Origin: Lama glama
Taxonomy: Eukaryota
Assembly (NCBI GenBank): GCA_028534125.1
Contig: CM052816.1
Coordinates: forward strand, 30,816,001 to 30,880,000
Reading direction: 5' to 3'
Length of the DNA stretch: 64,000 nt
The notes beneath the pieces are model-generated. The model was not told the origin of the DNA and made no database searches. It saw nothing but the letters and a program-made list of their open reading frames with translations. The translations under genes were made by a program, and so were the position numbers. Positions 1 through 13,944 of the stretch are shown here, piece by piece (within the stretch, counting starts at the first letter, position 1; every line of letters begins with the position of its first letter).

Positions 1-112
1 GGACACAAATGAACTCATCTACAAAACAGAAATAGACTCACAGACATAGAGAACAAACTTATGGTTACCAGCAGGTAAAGGAAGTGGGAAGGAATAAGTT
101 GGGAATTCGAAA
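1..112 (+). mobile_element. LINE-1 3' UTR fragment (cetartiodactyl-type), cut by the window edge
   Basis: aatgaactcatctacaaaacagaaatagactcacagacatagagaacaaacttatggttacc is typical L1 3' UTR and parallels 62895-62940 and 30840-30885. Confidence 0.85.
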
Positions 113-124
113 ATCACACCTCTC

Positions 125-1112
125 AGGGAGTGATAGAAATGTTAGCTATCTTGATTGTAGTAGTGATTTCATTGGTGTGTTCATCTATCAAAATTCATTA
201 AATTGTACATTTGAAATATGTGTAGTTTATAGTACAGGAACCATATCATAATAAAGAAGTTAAAAAAAGAAATACAACTTAATACAAAAAGGGCAAAAAA
301 TTGGTTATGAGACTTCAACACAGACAATAAACAAATTGCTCATAAAGCACATGACACTGATGCTCAAATGTATTAGCTACCAAGAAAATGCAAATTGAAT
401 CCATGAAACATACCAGTAAACATCTACTAGAATGGCTAAAACCAAAAAGCTTGATGTTAGAAAACGATGTAAATGTGGAACTGGAACTCATATACTGCTA
501 GCAGGAATGCAAAATGGTGTGATCAGTTGGAAACCAGTTTAGCAATTTCTTATAAAGCTAAATATACATTTTTCATATGACCCAACTATTCAATTTCTGG
601 GTATTTACTCAAGAGAAATAAAAACATATGTTCACACAAATATCTGTATGCAAATGTTCATAGCAGCTTATTCAAAATTGCCCAGATCTGGAAACAACCC
701 AAATATCCATCAGTTGTGAAAGGATAAACACATTTTGGTTACAGCCCAATAAGAGAATATTACTCATCAGTACAAAGAACTGTTATTTTCATACCAGAAG
801 AATCTCAAAAACATGTTAAATGAAAGAATTCAGGAAAAAAAAACCCTACATAGAGTATGAATCCATTTTCCTAATATTCTAGAGTAGGCAAAACTACAAG
901 GACAGAAAATAAATCTTTGGTTGCTTAGGAATAAGCGTGATAGAGGGAATTAACTGCAAAGGAGCATAAGGAAATTTTGGGCAGATGGGTATTTGTGTAT
1001 CTTGATTATGGTTTTATTTACCTGACCAGAGAGGTTTATCAAAACCCATCAAATTGTATACTTAAAAAGGTAAAATTCAATGTATGTGAATTATTCCTCA
1101 ATAAACTTGACT
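125..1112 (+). mobile_element. Old LINE-1 (L1M class): a 3'-end fragment followed by ORF2 C-terminus and 3' UTR
   Basis: Recognisable L1 motifs (aaatgcaaattgaa, catatgacccaactattcaatttctgggtatttac, ggaaacaacccaaatatccatca), ending in aataaa near 250 and 1100. Confidence 0.85.
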
Positions 1113-1239
1113 AAACAAAGGTATACCCATGTTGCTATATATACCCCTAACTCATTGTTTCAAATTGCTGACAGATTCACCAGGTTACACATTTACTTAC
1201 TTTACCAGTGACGATCCCTAAATTGCCTCTAATTTCTGA

Positions 1240-1405
1240 CCACCATAAAAACTGCAGTAATTATCACCTTCATACATGTGTATGAAAACTTCTATGGAAC
1301 ATAAAAGGAATAAATGCCTGGCAACAGAATTACTGAGTCATAAGATAAATGCAATTAGTATGCCTTAATAAGATCAGTTTGCCCCCTCAAAGGACTATAC
1401 CAATG
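1240..1405 (-). mobile_element. Decayed L1 fragment
   Basis: agaattactgagtcataag...aaaggactataccaat resembles the antisense L1 ORF2 3' region. Confidence 0.5.
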
Positions 1406-3984
1406 TGTCTTTAGTGTTTCTATCTATGAGGGAGATTAAAAAGACTCATGGAAGACCATCAGCCTCTGTCCCAGGTTACATCCATGACCTTAGCCTCACA
1501 AGCTACCCAAGTGTCTTTACAAATGACTTTTTTCACTTCTGATTATTCCGATTTCACTTGCCTGTCCGTTTGGTCCATAATCATTGTGTTTGTTTTGTTT
1601 TTATCATCTTCCCATAGCTACATTATGCTTTCTGAAACCGGCCTTCCACAATAAATCGTACCGCATAGCAGTCTAACTTCTTCTTCAAATTATTTTATTT
1701 CTTCTCTCTTATTCCATTCAGTCTTGCTGCCTCTCTGAGAAATGATCTCTTTTCAAATTCCAGTTTCTTTCAACATTTTTCACATATACTCTGATCCATG
1801 ATTCTTATTCCCAGAGGGGGAAAATAACAAAACAAAACCCAGCCTAACTGCTCAGATTTTCAATGATGAGTTATCTTGAAAAATTCATACACTCAACTTC
1901 CAACCTAAACCTCTTCTTTGTCACATTTGGAAAGATTAATCGGAGGATTAACACGTACAGTGTACATATATCTGAATACGCAGTTGGGAGTTTCAGGCTC
2001 AAATTATTCTACGAGCAAAACTAAAGACACTGAATTTTTAAAATTAACAGTTACATAAGCACTTAGATTATCTACAACATGTCACAATCCTTACATTTAT
2101 GGCAATTCTTTGGTGACTTTCTCAAAGTTGTTTATCAAATGAATCATGATCTTTTTCTCCCAGCTGCTTAATCTATATTTTGAGCTGTTTCTTGCGTTGC
2201 ATAACACAAATATAGAATTAAATTCTTCTGCTTTTCTGTAATTAAACAGAAGAGTAATTTCAGTATTTATATTTGCCATACAATCTTAGGCATATTTAGG
2301 AATGCTTATGGAGAAGATGCTATACAACAGCTACTTTTATGATTAAAAGGGAAGACAGTTTCAGCACTCTCCATTCCACTGTAATGAAGTAAATACAGAG
2401 AAACCTAGCTTAATTCATTTTACGAATTTTGTTTTACATGGTTTTGTGTGAATTGGACTCTTATGATTATTCTATTTCCAATAATTAATATTAAGAGTCA
2501 TCATCAAAATCTGAAGTACTGAAGTATAAGGAGTTAACACAATAACCTATTTTCAGGCACTTGAGACGAATTTATTTACTTCCAAATACCTAATAATGTC
2601 TTTTTAATAAAAGCACCTTCAGTAATTTGTGTATCTTATAATCTACATTATCCTTTTTAAGTATTATAAATTTAATAAAATTTTACTTTTTTTGGCTTGA
2701 TTTTATATTAGTGTATTTCTGAGCAAGTATCATAGAATAACTTGAGCTGAGTTCCCTTCCTCTGACCCTGGGACAACACAAGAGTCCTACTTTCCCTAGA
2801 GTTGATTATGTGCAGAAGACATTAAACAATCAAGTATTTGGCTAGAACGCATAAGCATTTCTGTTTCTTTCAGCTTTGGTTAAAGCCCATGTGTTCTTTA
2901 ACCTGCTTGTCTAAACTTGTCCCCAATAATCCCAAATCTGCAAAAAGCAGAAGAAAAGCAATCCATAGAATAGCCACCCAGCGCATATTCAGCAAAAGAA
3001 ACCAAGCCAGCAGACAAGCTTTACTGTGCAGAGATTCCTGATAGATTGTTCAAAATCTGCCTTCTAGGCACAAGTGTGACTCGGACACCTCCTCCTCCTT
3101 ACAACTGCTGGACGCTCCTCCACTCCAGCATTGTTTTTTTTAAAGGCCCTAAGTTTTAAAGACACTCACTTTGTTATGCAGCAATCCATAACTGAGATCA
3201 AAAACAGGGAATCACTTAATCAAACATAAAATAACAAGCTCTATAATTTGGGGAGTTCTATTTTCTGAGAGTAGCAATGACAAAATCCAACAGAGAAGAG
3301 AGAAAAACAAACTGTAAAATCCTAAGAATCTGATTCAACATTTCATCCTTCTAAAGTCACTAACTCTAACAACTCATTTTAAATGTGTCCTTTAATTTTA
3401 CATTCACAAATCTAATCACAACAACAATATACTATAATGAATTTTGTTAGGTATTTTATCTTTTGTATGTGACAGGCTATGTACCTCCCTACACCAACCT
3501 AATTCTTTGGTCTGTCCAACAGAAACCATTTTTTGAGATCATTGTTAAAATGTTGTGGTCTTTCCCAACCTAACTGTAGCTGGGTTCAGGGGTAACCTGA
3601 TAGCAGTGTGTTCAAAGGCGTCCCTTATCTCCTCCTCAATCCTGGGGGTTCCCTGCCATACCTCATGGGACACCCTAAATGCCTGTTCAGTCGTTCCAAT
3701 GCAAGCAGAAACTTGACAGTACTTGCCAAGACAATAAAGCAAAACTATAAGAGTGTAAAATAGTTTATCAAAAGGTGATACGTACAACATAACACTGAAA
3801 GCCCATAGGATTTTAAGGTTAATTGGATAATTTACAGTATTTTCTTGGCATAAAACAATGAGCAGAAAACAATTTTTCTCAGACATGATTAAATCCCTTT
3901 TGATCTAAAAATTTGGCATTTACCTCACTACATTTTATGTCTCCCAAGTGGTTGTCAAAGGGGGAAAAAAGGTGCAACCTGTCA

Positions 3985-4146
3985 TCGATTGTACCAAGTA
4001 TGCCACACAGATGAGGGATGTCGAGGGTAGGGGAGTATATATGTGTGGGTGGGGAGGGCCTTGTGCAAACTCTATTATTTTCTGCTCAGTTTTGTGGTGA
4101 ACCTGAAACTGCTCCAAAAATTAAAGTCTATTAATAAAATAAAAAT
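3985..4146 (+). mobile_element. Old L1M 3' terminus
   Basis: tctgctcagttttgtggtgaacctgaaactgctccaaaaattaaagtctatta plus an A-rich tail matches L1M 3' ends. Confidence 0.8.
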
Positions 4147-4899
4147 TTTAAAGTGCAACCTAATTGGAAGAATGAAATGCTACCTGTATATTTCCAACAA
4201 GAACTTGCCCTCTCATTTTAATGTACATACATACATATGAATAAAAGTATTTATTTAATGCTTGCTAGTTTACTGTGACATCAATGCAACAAAAACCTCT
4301 TTCTCATAGCATCAGAGATGTTTTACTAGAGGAAATTAGCATCTGGGTCTTGACATTCCCACAACATTATATCCAGTGGATAAAAAATTTCAGGCTCTTT
4401 TTTTTAAATACTTGAATACTCCCCAAAGAAGTTCATCAACTTTAGTTCTCCAAAGTAACATACACAGTTATTTGTCTAAGTCAAACACGTGTACACAAAC
4501 ACACTCCCCAAGATACACACACACAGCTGTAATGCTGGTCTGCTGATTATGCTGTCTATTTAGTTAAGAAAGGGCATTATTCAGTCAGCAGAAGTGAAGG
4601 AGCCATGGGGTAAACACCATGCGCTTGGACTTCAGTTTCTGACAGTGAAGGAGGTAGTACACTAGCTAATCTAAAAGCCTTCCTATTATAAAATGACTAA
4701 AACCTGAACAAGACATGGTTTGAAAGGTGTTAATGGGTTCATGACAATTAAGGAAAATCATCAAGATTAAAAATTAAGCCAAAACAACAGCTATGAACTT
4801 TAACCAGAGAAGGCAGCTGCAAATGGTGTATGATTGCTCTGAATGGTATATGATTGGATCTGAACTGTTTGAATTATGATGGAAACCCTGAGGAGGTTT

Positions 4900-6160
4900 A
4901 ATTGGCCCCACCAGGGTAACCGCAGGTTCTGGGCCACAGTAGAAGCAAATTAAATCCTCCCTAGAGGAAAACATCCCTACATCAGAGCCACAGCGTTCTC
5001 ACAAATTAAATTCAACATAATACAACCATTTTTTTAAATTACAAAAAACACATCTATAGAGTAACATGAGAGACAGTAGAAAGTAAAAGACAACTTATAT
5101 CTCCAAGGACAGTGGATAATGGAATTAGAAAAACTATAAAATAATGTAAAATATTCAAGAAAAATGTGGTTTTTTTTAATAAATAATCAATAAGAAACTA
5201 CCACAGTGAAGAGATTGATCTGGAAAATAACCAAATAAAATTCTAGAATAAAAATGTACAATGAATGAATAGGTAACAAAATAATCAAAAGGTTATTAGA
5301 GAATTAGAAGAAAGATCTGAAGGAAGGATCCACATCACAGTTCAGAGATATCAGTTAACAGAAAATATGAGAAAAACATTAAGAGAAGTAAGGAATAAAT
5401 GACAAGGTCTTAACTCTGGAAGGAAAGATAGAGAGACTGAATGAGGCTAATGGTGTCCGTGGAAAAAAGTATCAATTTTATAAAAAGATATGTAAAAGAC
5501 AAATAAGTGAAGAAACATACTATATTCATGGATTTAGAAGGCTCCTTATTTTAAATATCTACCAGCCATGATCTAAAATTTATCCTCTAATATGACTCAT
5601 AATAAAAAGCCTGAATTTTAGAGAAATTCTTGCCTATGTACATCAGGAAAGATGTTCAGAACAGTATTGTTCACGGTACCAAAAAACTAAAAACAATGCA
5701 CTGACAAGAGTATGGGTAACTTTCTGCAACAGTCACAGTAGAATGTTAGGGAAGAGTGCGAAAAATTACAATTACATAGAACAACATGGATGAGTCCGAG
5801 AAATACAATGAGGGAAAAATTCAGTTCATAATGGATAATATAATGTTTGCTACTTTTATAAATCTAAAAAATAACAAAACTAAGCAACATATTGTCTACC
5901 TCTTAAATATGTAGTAGTAGTAGTTAAAAAAAGACAACAAAGGAATGATATGCATACAATTCAGAGCAGTAGTTCTGGTAAGGAAATCAGAATATGAAAC
6001 TGGGAAAGAACAAATAGTACCAATCTTACTAGTATTTAATAGCTCGTAACCTTGATAGCTTATAGTTAATACTTATAATTAAATGTTTAAATTTACCTAT
6101 ATGTAGCATATATTACTTAACCATAGATCAAATATTACATTAATATAAAATATACATTGC
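4900..6160 (+). mobile_element. Highly decayed L1 (L1ME-like) fragments
   Basis: A-rich, with ORF1-like and 3'-region motifs (gaagaaacatactatattcatgga; acaacatggatgagt). Confidence 0.55.
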
Positions 6161-6568
6161 ACTTTAAAAATAGTTCTGTTAGCTTGCTTAAATCTATTTT
6201 TAGATTTTATGCAAAATGTTATGACAAGTTCCAAAAAAACCATTTATTCAGAGTCCTCGGCCACAACCAATCAGAAGAAGCAGATCGAAAGAAAGAAGAA
6301 AAAGTGCCCAAGAGGCTGATATGGACCAGTATCTACACGGTAAATGACAAATTAAATAATTTATACACTACAGACTCAAGAGCCTCAAAGTTATTGCCAT
6401 TTAACATAGGAGTTTTTTAATATTGCAAAGAAACTGGCCAGCACCCTCCCAGTTTTAGCACTGCTGTGCAGTATAATTATTGACTCTCCTTTGACAACCA
6501 GGAGTCACGATGCTCAAGAAGCACTGTAAAATTGGCAAAGGAGAATGCAGCACATTTCAGAATAAATC

Positions 6569-7010
6569 TTTTTTTTAATTAATCAATCAATTCATTAATT
6601 TTTAATTTTTTCCCCAGTTTTATTATGTGGGATTATTAGAGTTTGACTGCATGTACACATTATATTGCATATAAATACATCTAAACAGTATACTGCACAT
6701 TTTTTTAGTTTATATATATGTAATTACTGTTTCTAAGAACAGATAAGAGCTTTAGCTTTTGAACTTACATAGTTATCAAAGGAATAAAGCCAACTACAAA
6801 GTAAGAAATAACAGAATGCAGCAATCCAATCATAAAGGACAGTCAAATGGGCTTACACATATTCAAGAAGTCAAAATAATAATTAGTTCATTTGTGAATA
6901 AATAAAACTCAATTCAAGTTGTTACAGTAGATGTTGAACATTCAGTGTCTGGAGTGGCGCCCCCTTTCAGTCTTCACAGAGTAATACTGTCTGCTTAACT
7001 TTTCAGGTTA
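6569..7010 (-). pseudogene. Unidentified polyadenylated retroposed sequence (3'-UTR-like); 5' boundary uncertain
   Basis: Minus strand reads cccacatAATAAAactgggg then a degenerate A tail (6569-6611). Its 6692-6807 part aligns by eye with 47100-47220. Confidence 0.55.
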
Positions 7011-8054
7011 CCTGCCTGCTTCCTGAAGGTATTTGCATTTTTGAACCCACAAATTAGTCACCTTTGGAAAGTTTGGTACCAGGCTGACAACTCTGTTTTT
7101 CTGGTGAGGGCTGGCTGTGGGGAGTGGGATTTGACAGATAGAAACAAGATGGAAGGATGTCCCAGGAAGAGAAAAAAGCGTGAGAAAGGCAACGTTGTAA
7201 TTTCTGTTCCTCATTCACTATTCCTCAGGGTCCCAGTGGTTTGTTATTTATTAGGGATGCTCCCCATCTGTCCCTCGTTCCACGTGGAATGCAGTGCCAG
7301 GTCCCTTGGAAAAATGAACACGTAGCTGAAAAAAAACACAGTGTCTTTTCCATTCCTTTTAGAAGGTTTTGTAGTTTCTGATTGTGCATTTACCCCGTCT
7401 CCTTGAGCTTGGGGTATCATCCTACATTTTTTTTTCCAGAAGCTCATGCAGATTTATTCTATACAAATTGCCTCGAGTATTAAAATCAAGTCTTTCTCTT
7501 CCTAAGTCACTCCACTACACCATTCAAAAATTAATTGATTCCACAATTAATAGTGGCCGATACATTTCTATGCTTTCCATGCAATTAAACCTAGCTAGAT
7601 ATTAAAAGGAGAATAATTGAATTACCCCGCTAAAATAAACCATCCTAAGTTGCAGATGACTCGTTTATCACTGAGTAATTCTCTCAAGGGCTTGCCATAG
7701 ATTTTTGGTAGAATATGTGGGAGAAATGTTTATGAGGGCCCTTTTCAGCAACAGTGGGCAAAATTACAAAGTTGATCACTGAAATAATAAAACTTTATTT
7801 TTTTATTGTTTCTATATAATGATATCAACTATGTGAGAGCTACAAATACACTATTCATGTGGTAAGATGGTATAACATATCTTATTCAAATAAATTTAAT
7901 ATTTTTTTCATGTAGTAAAAACGTATCAATGATTGAGTTAGGGGATTCTAGTCTCCGTTCTTGCTTGGTCATTAGGCAGATCAGTGACCTTAGCATGCTT
8001 GGCTGTGACTGTGACTCTTTAACATTGACTTCTTTGTTTTCCATCACTCAGTAG

Positions 8055-8290
8055 AAATGCAGTATAATCATGTTGAAGAGGTAGACGTACAGTGGGATCT
8101 AACTCCCTGTTCCACCATTTACAAGCTGTGGGTTATTTTCCTAACTTATTTAGGTGTCAGTTTTCTCATTCACAAAACTGGTGTTGGGTTAATCGACTCA
8201 AATCTGAAGGATTCTTAAGATGGTTGAAGTAATTATAAAACCCTTAGCATGGTATTTACCTAGGACATGGTAAGTGCTCAAAAAATTGTC
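8055..8290 (+). mobile_element. MIR SINE
   Basis: ttccaccatttacaagctgtg...tcagttttctcattcacaaaactgg...catggtaagtgctcaaaaaat matches the MIR core and tail. Confidence 0.7.
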
Positions 8291-11200
8291 TTGTGTTAAC
8301 TGAGAAGACACTTCTATTTTTTTAAATCTCCAATGTTTCAGTTTGATTATCCTATAGTCTTGACTTCCCCTATTTTTCATAATCATTTCTCAATCATTTC
8401 TAAGACATATAAGTATAAAATACTAAATTGTATAAAATGTATCATGCGTCTCTAGGAACATGATACTAGAGTTGATAACATTTCAATACTCATATTTTAA
8501 AATAGAGATGTCTCTGTCTAAATCCCCTCAGATCTAGCCTGGTTTATTTTGGGCTGAGTTAGATTTCTAACGGCCAGGATAAATGCCTGCTCTAAGATGA
8601 GTAGGATGAGCTTTGTTCCTAAAAATGCTTGAGTGACTTGGGAACAGAATTAAGAAACATCAATGACAGGTTTAGCTTTAAAGCTTATTGAGCGGATTTT
8701 GAGTACTTCAGTCTCCAAAGTTTTTCTAGAATTTTCATGCCATGAAGAACTAAATGAGATGTTTCACATAATTAATATTCTAACAGATGTCCTTATAGGA
8801 GGAGCTGCTTTATGTGGACGTTCTCAGTTTTCTTTTATATTTATATTCTATGAGGATCATATAAATATAATTTTATAACAAGTATGTTTTTGGTTACCAA
8901 GAGGAATGATAAAAGTTCCTTATTTGCCCTGGGAAAAGAGGCAACTGGGCCAAAGGGATACATCTGAGAAGGGAAAGCTTCCAGGGACCTATTAGGGAGT
9001 TTCCATCAAGATTCCAAAATTCCTAGGGGAAGCCAGAGTGACACAATGATGTTCAGCAGGAACATTTTCTTGTTTGGGTTTAGTGGGTGTGCTTGGAGAT
9101 CATTCAGAGGGATGGAGAGTAGGAGCGGGATAAGAATTTCAGGAGGTGAAAACATATCTCATTCACTGTGCAAACAAAAAGGAGGGGAGCTGGGGTTAAT
9201 GGGCCAGAATTGGCCACAGCCAAAATATTCACAACTTTGCCGAAATACCCATTTCCTTCATGCAGATTATGTCTATTCCACAGTTCCCTCTGCTACTCTG
9301 GACTCTAACATTGACAAAATGTACATCCATATACTGGAATCGAAACAGGGTTCTGTACATTTTTCTAAATGCTGCTCAACGTAATCCCTTTTTGTTTGCG
9401 CATAGTCCATAAAGATGTCAATACAGCTCTGTAATTTATTGAGATGTCAGCTCCACAAACTTAGCTGGAGCCTAGAAAGACAGGCTACAGCTTCTTTCCC
9501 CCTTCTGAAAGATGCACTGACCTCATGCAGGGAACACTTCAAGGAGTTTTGTTCGTATGATCAATACACTTCTATATTTATAAGCCTAATCAGAGCCCAT
9601 CTGCTTTTCTGCTAAAGCCCTGCTCAATGAGAGAGTCACATAATCAAAACTATAAACTTTATTGCATTGATTTTTTTTTGTTCTACTTGGTACTGGGACC
9701 ACAAAAATAATTAAATATTTTCATTTTAATAACAGCAACTTGACACAAAATCATTTATTTGGGAAATATTTCCCTAATGTCAGGACTATGGCATCTTCTA
9801 CCCCCAGTCCAGCCATTTTTATTCTGATTACTAGACTTTAACAAGTCTAAGACTTGTTTTAAATGTTCTAGTCTCAAAACTGAACAGCTGTTCCCCAGGC
9901 CATATATAGAAAACCCGTCAGCTGCCTTGCACTGCCCTCAACCGCGCAGTCGCCCAGAGCCAGATCTCCACTGGAGACTCCAGCCTCGCAGTATAAATTC
10001 TGCAGGGTCATCTATAAATATATGCATTTCACCACGTCTCACCTGCTCTTGTTTTGCTGAGACAAGGGCCTGCTGTCCTTATTCATGTAGCAGCAAGCAC
10101 CTTTGGAACTTAAACCATGTTTTTTTCATTCTGAGGGGATAAAAGAGCCAGTAATTACTTAACTGGTTCCATCAAAGTGTGGGGAGAGCTTTCAAAGGCA
10201 AGAAATGAGGGCTATCTTTGAGGAAATGTAACCAAATGGAAAGGACACCTCACAGTGAAGATGGTGGGCTGACCTTTAATTTTCTATGTGTTAAGCCCAC
10301 AAGCCAATGTATCTTTCTTCAGTATATGGCTAATCTTTTCACTTGGCACTGGCATACGCACGTTTATTACATGGTTTGTAGAGAGGGTGTATATGGGGAT
10401 GGAATCAGATCACTTCGGCCTGTCGCATCCAAGCCACTGCCTCTGACGCCCAGGATTTTCTCCAGGGCTCCTCCATTTAGGGAGATGAAATATACCTGAA
10501 GGCACCTATGCGATTAGCATCTTCACTTTGCATTTGAATATGCTCTTGGGTTAACTTCAGCCATATGGTGTCTTCACTTGGCAATAAATATGCCCTTTCT
10601 GACTTTTGAGCTTTCTCAGCTGTGGGATTTCTGAATCAAAAACTGTAGGTCTACCTGGCTTGCTTAAATTCTTCAAAGGTAAAAATCAGCCTTCATTTTC
10701 TCATGACTGAATTAGTCCGCAGAAAATCAAAAGAGGTGGTGAACATCAGTAGCTTAATTTTGATTTTCAAAAGGTAAAGTTAATCATAAGTGCTTTATAA
10801 CTTCAGTTAAGCACCTTTATCATTTTAGCAGATACTTAAAATAGCCACCTATTTTGGACAATATCAAAATTTACAAAGATTTTCCTGTGTGTTTTTCTAG
10901 TCAACATTCTTTGCATCTTTTGTTATATACCAACATGTAAAATGTAGATTTTAAAAACATAAAACACACTTGCTATTATAAGTAAGCTTATAAATGGTGA
11001 CCAACTCTATAAAGCTAGAAAAGTACTGTCAACCTTCCAGATGCCAAAAACTATCTTATTTGTTTTTCTTTATGGAATGTGTGTGCAAAATCTTCCCACC
11101 AAGTCAGTCTTTGACGCCCTAACAGTGAAACAAAATGAATGCCAGTAACAGCACACCACAGTGGTGAGTTTCCAGTAAACAGAGCTTAAATTTTGATTAT

Positions 11201-12167
11201 GAAGACATGCCTAAAGATAGCTAGCATAGACCTGGAGGCTTAATATGCAGTATTATTTTCAAAAATGAGGTAAATTATCAGTTTACGGAAAGTCTTCTTG
11301 TACCAAGCATTGAAGATACGAAATACTGTCTAGACACACAGGGTGACAAAGAAAGCAGTGACCTCTGAAGGAATCAAGAGTCTGAATGGTCATTTAGGCC
11401 AAAATATACATTTGATTACTTTGATATCATCTTCACTATCTACAGCACTCGACTAGCCTGCAGTAGGATGGCTCCAATATCTCCTAAGATAGCCTACTTC
11501 ATAATGAAATAGCTTTCACTGTTCAATATAAAACATCAATCTGGGATCTGCCTTTGTGGCACATGGTTATTGGTCATAGGCACTGAACAGATTCCTTGAA
11601 GCCAAGTCTAATCCATTTCCCCATGAACAGACAAAACATTTGCCTCAACTTGTATGTCCCTTAGGTGTTAGACTCAGAGAAAAGGTTGGGCTTAGAGAAT
11701 CAGACCTGGGAATATCACATACAGTACTGGGACTTGAAGTCCTATGAATTAATGAGTTCCTGAAGACAAAGCATTAAACAGGAATGGAACATACCACGTT
11801 GCCATGCTATAGAATGTTATGTGGGGCAAAAATAAATATCTTAGCATCATTTAATTACCCTGCACATAATATATTTGTACCTTAGAAACCCCAAATATCA
11901 TCACTAGGCAAACGATTTCCAAGCATTGTCAATTTTTAGTCCTGTTACAACTTGGTGTGTTAACTGCTAGAAATGACATTATATAATGTTAACTGTGGAA
12001 TAATACTGTTTTTTCCACCTGGAAGTACAGAATATGCAATCCCCCATGCCCTAAACCCTTAAACGTTCAAGTCTAATATGTAATTAATGTTATATATTAC
12101 TCAATTGCTATATATACATATGTATCACTTAATGGTATCACGTAACATTATTTTATTTGATCTCTCC

Positions 12168-12605
12168 TATATTAGAAGGTGCTAATATAAGCTGCCATAA
12201 GGAGGACCAAGACTGTAACAGTTCCAATACAATTTAAATATATTTCTCTTTTACACTAATAGTCTGGCCAGTCCCGGCTGCAAGAGCAGATCTGCTTCAC
12301 GAGGTCATTCAGGGCCCAGGCTCCTTCTATCTTGTTACTCTGCCATAACCTACAGCACAGTGCCCTCATTGACATGATTTAAACTGGCTCACTAATATCA
12401 CATCTACACTCCCACTCTCAGGATAGAAAAGAGGGAAGTGGAGTGCCAGCAATTTCATTTTAAGTGCGAAGACTCAAAAATGGAACACGTCCATTTTAGT
12501 CACATACCACTGGCCACAATTTCATCACATGGGCACATCTTGCTGTGAGGTGAGCTAGGAAAAGCAATTTCTCTCTTTGTGGCTACGTAGTCAGCTAAAA
12601 GTAGT
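12168..12605. mobile_element. MLT1-family MaLR solo LTR
   Basis: gtcattcagggcccaggctccttctatcttgttactctgccat and cacataccactggccacaatttcatcacatgggcaca are MLT1 hallmarks. Confidence 0.7.
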
Positions 12606-13074
12606 GGTCTGCGGGAGGGAGAATAAGGGGTCGTATCGTTTGAATTAAAAAGATGATAGTTGACAACGGAAGGGTGTTAAACTCTTCCATTATTCCCTTG
12701 GAACGTTAAGGTGAATCCTAATTTCTTTTACTATTGATATTCATCCTAAAACCAGAATTTCTATCTTTTGTTAAAGCACTAATTACATGCAAACAAGAAT
12801 GGATATTTTAAATGATTACAAGTAAACAATTTTTTTTGTTTTCAACAACCAAAAGATCCATGCTGACATGGAACTATTTTGCTGAACTATTGTGTGTATC
12901 AATTTCTTAATTATTTTCTGATGACAAAATTTCAGAAATGCAATTGCTGTGTCATACAGAATGTAATCTTCCAGCTGTGATACATACTACCAACGTTTCC
13001 TAAAATACCCTGTATGAATTTACACTCCAATTGAAAATGCACTCGGATAGATGTGTTTGTTTCAATCTTGTTGT

Positions 13075-13605
13075 AAAGAGCTTTACTGAGGTGTAATTTA
13101 TATACTATAAAAGTCACCCATTGACATTTATATTTCAATGACTTTTAGTAGATTTATACATTTGTGCAACCATCACCACAATAATAGAGCATTTCTATCA
13201 CCCTAAAAGATTCATTTCTGGCCATTTGCAGTCAATCCCTGATCCCAGCCCTAATCTCAGACAAACATTGCTTTCTGTCTCTTAGAGATTTGTTTTTTGG
13301 TTTTTTTTTTTTTTTGGCTTCTTTTTTAGCAATTTCATATAAATGGAATCATCTACTATGTAGTCTTTTATGTCTGGTTTCTTTCATAATTTTGTAACAG
13401 TTTTTAGATTTATCTGTGTCATAGCTTGTCTCCGTAGTCTTTTCATTATTACTGCTGAATAATATTCCACTGTGTAAACATGATACATTTTCTTTACTGT
13501 TCCACTAGCTGATGGGTATTTTGATTGTCAGCAGCTTTTTTGCAATTATGAATAAATACCTATGTACATTTTCATTTAAGTCTGTGTATGGGACATAGGT
13601 TTTTG
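13075..13605 (-). mobile_element. L1MB-like 3' UTR
   Basis: agctttactgaggtgtaattta...tgtgcaaccatcaccacaat...tttcatataaatggaatcat is the antisense L1MB 3' end. Confidence 0.85.
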
Positions 13606-13944
13606 CAGGTTCTCTCAGTCTTGCCAGAACCATTTTAACTGGGAGATGATGTAAATTCCCTTGTGATATGAAAAATCAACAATTCCATTATTGCTAAGAG
13701 TAGTAGAGTTTTTCCAAAAATGGTATTCACTAAAAGTGACAGTTCACACGATGAAGTCATTTCTGTATCATATTTTTTTTCCTAATTGTGTTCTATTGGA
13801 AGGAGGGACGCTCTATCATTCAGATTGAGAAGAGGTGGGATTGTCTTTCCTAAGTTCTTGGCATGCACTGTTATTCAACAATGTACTAGAAAACATTGTA
13901 CTCTGATTCTGATGTGCAACTTGTATTTTATTTTTATATTTTAA

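Noticed and set aside
3545..3886. 113-aa ORF with a protein-like stretch (HEVWQGTPRIEEEIRDAFEHTAIRLP)
   Set aside because: No family recognised and no convincing splice-site pair; BLASTP or PhyloCSF would be needed.
6559..7460. 10-bp inverted match agaataaatc / gatttattct around the unidentified element
   Set aside because: Short and AT-rich, with no TSD; the poly(A) end argues against a DNA transposon.
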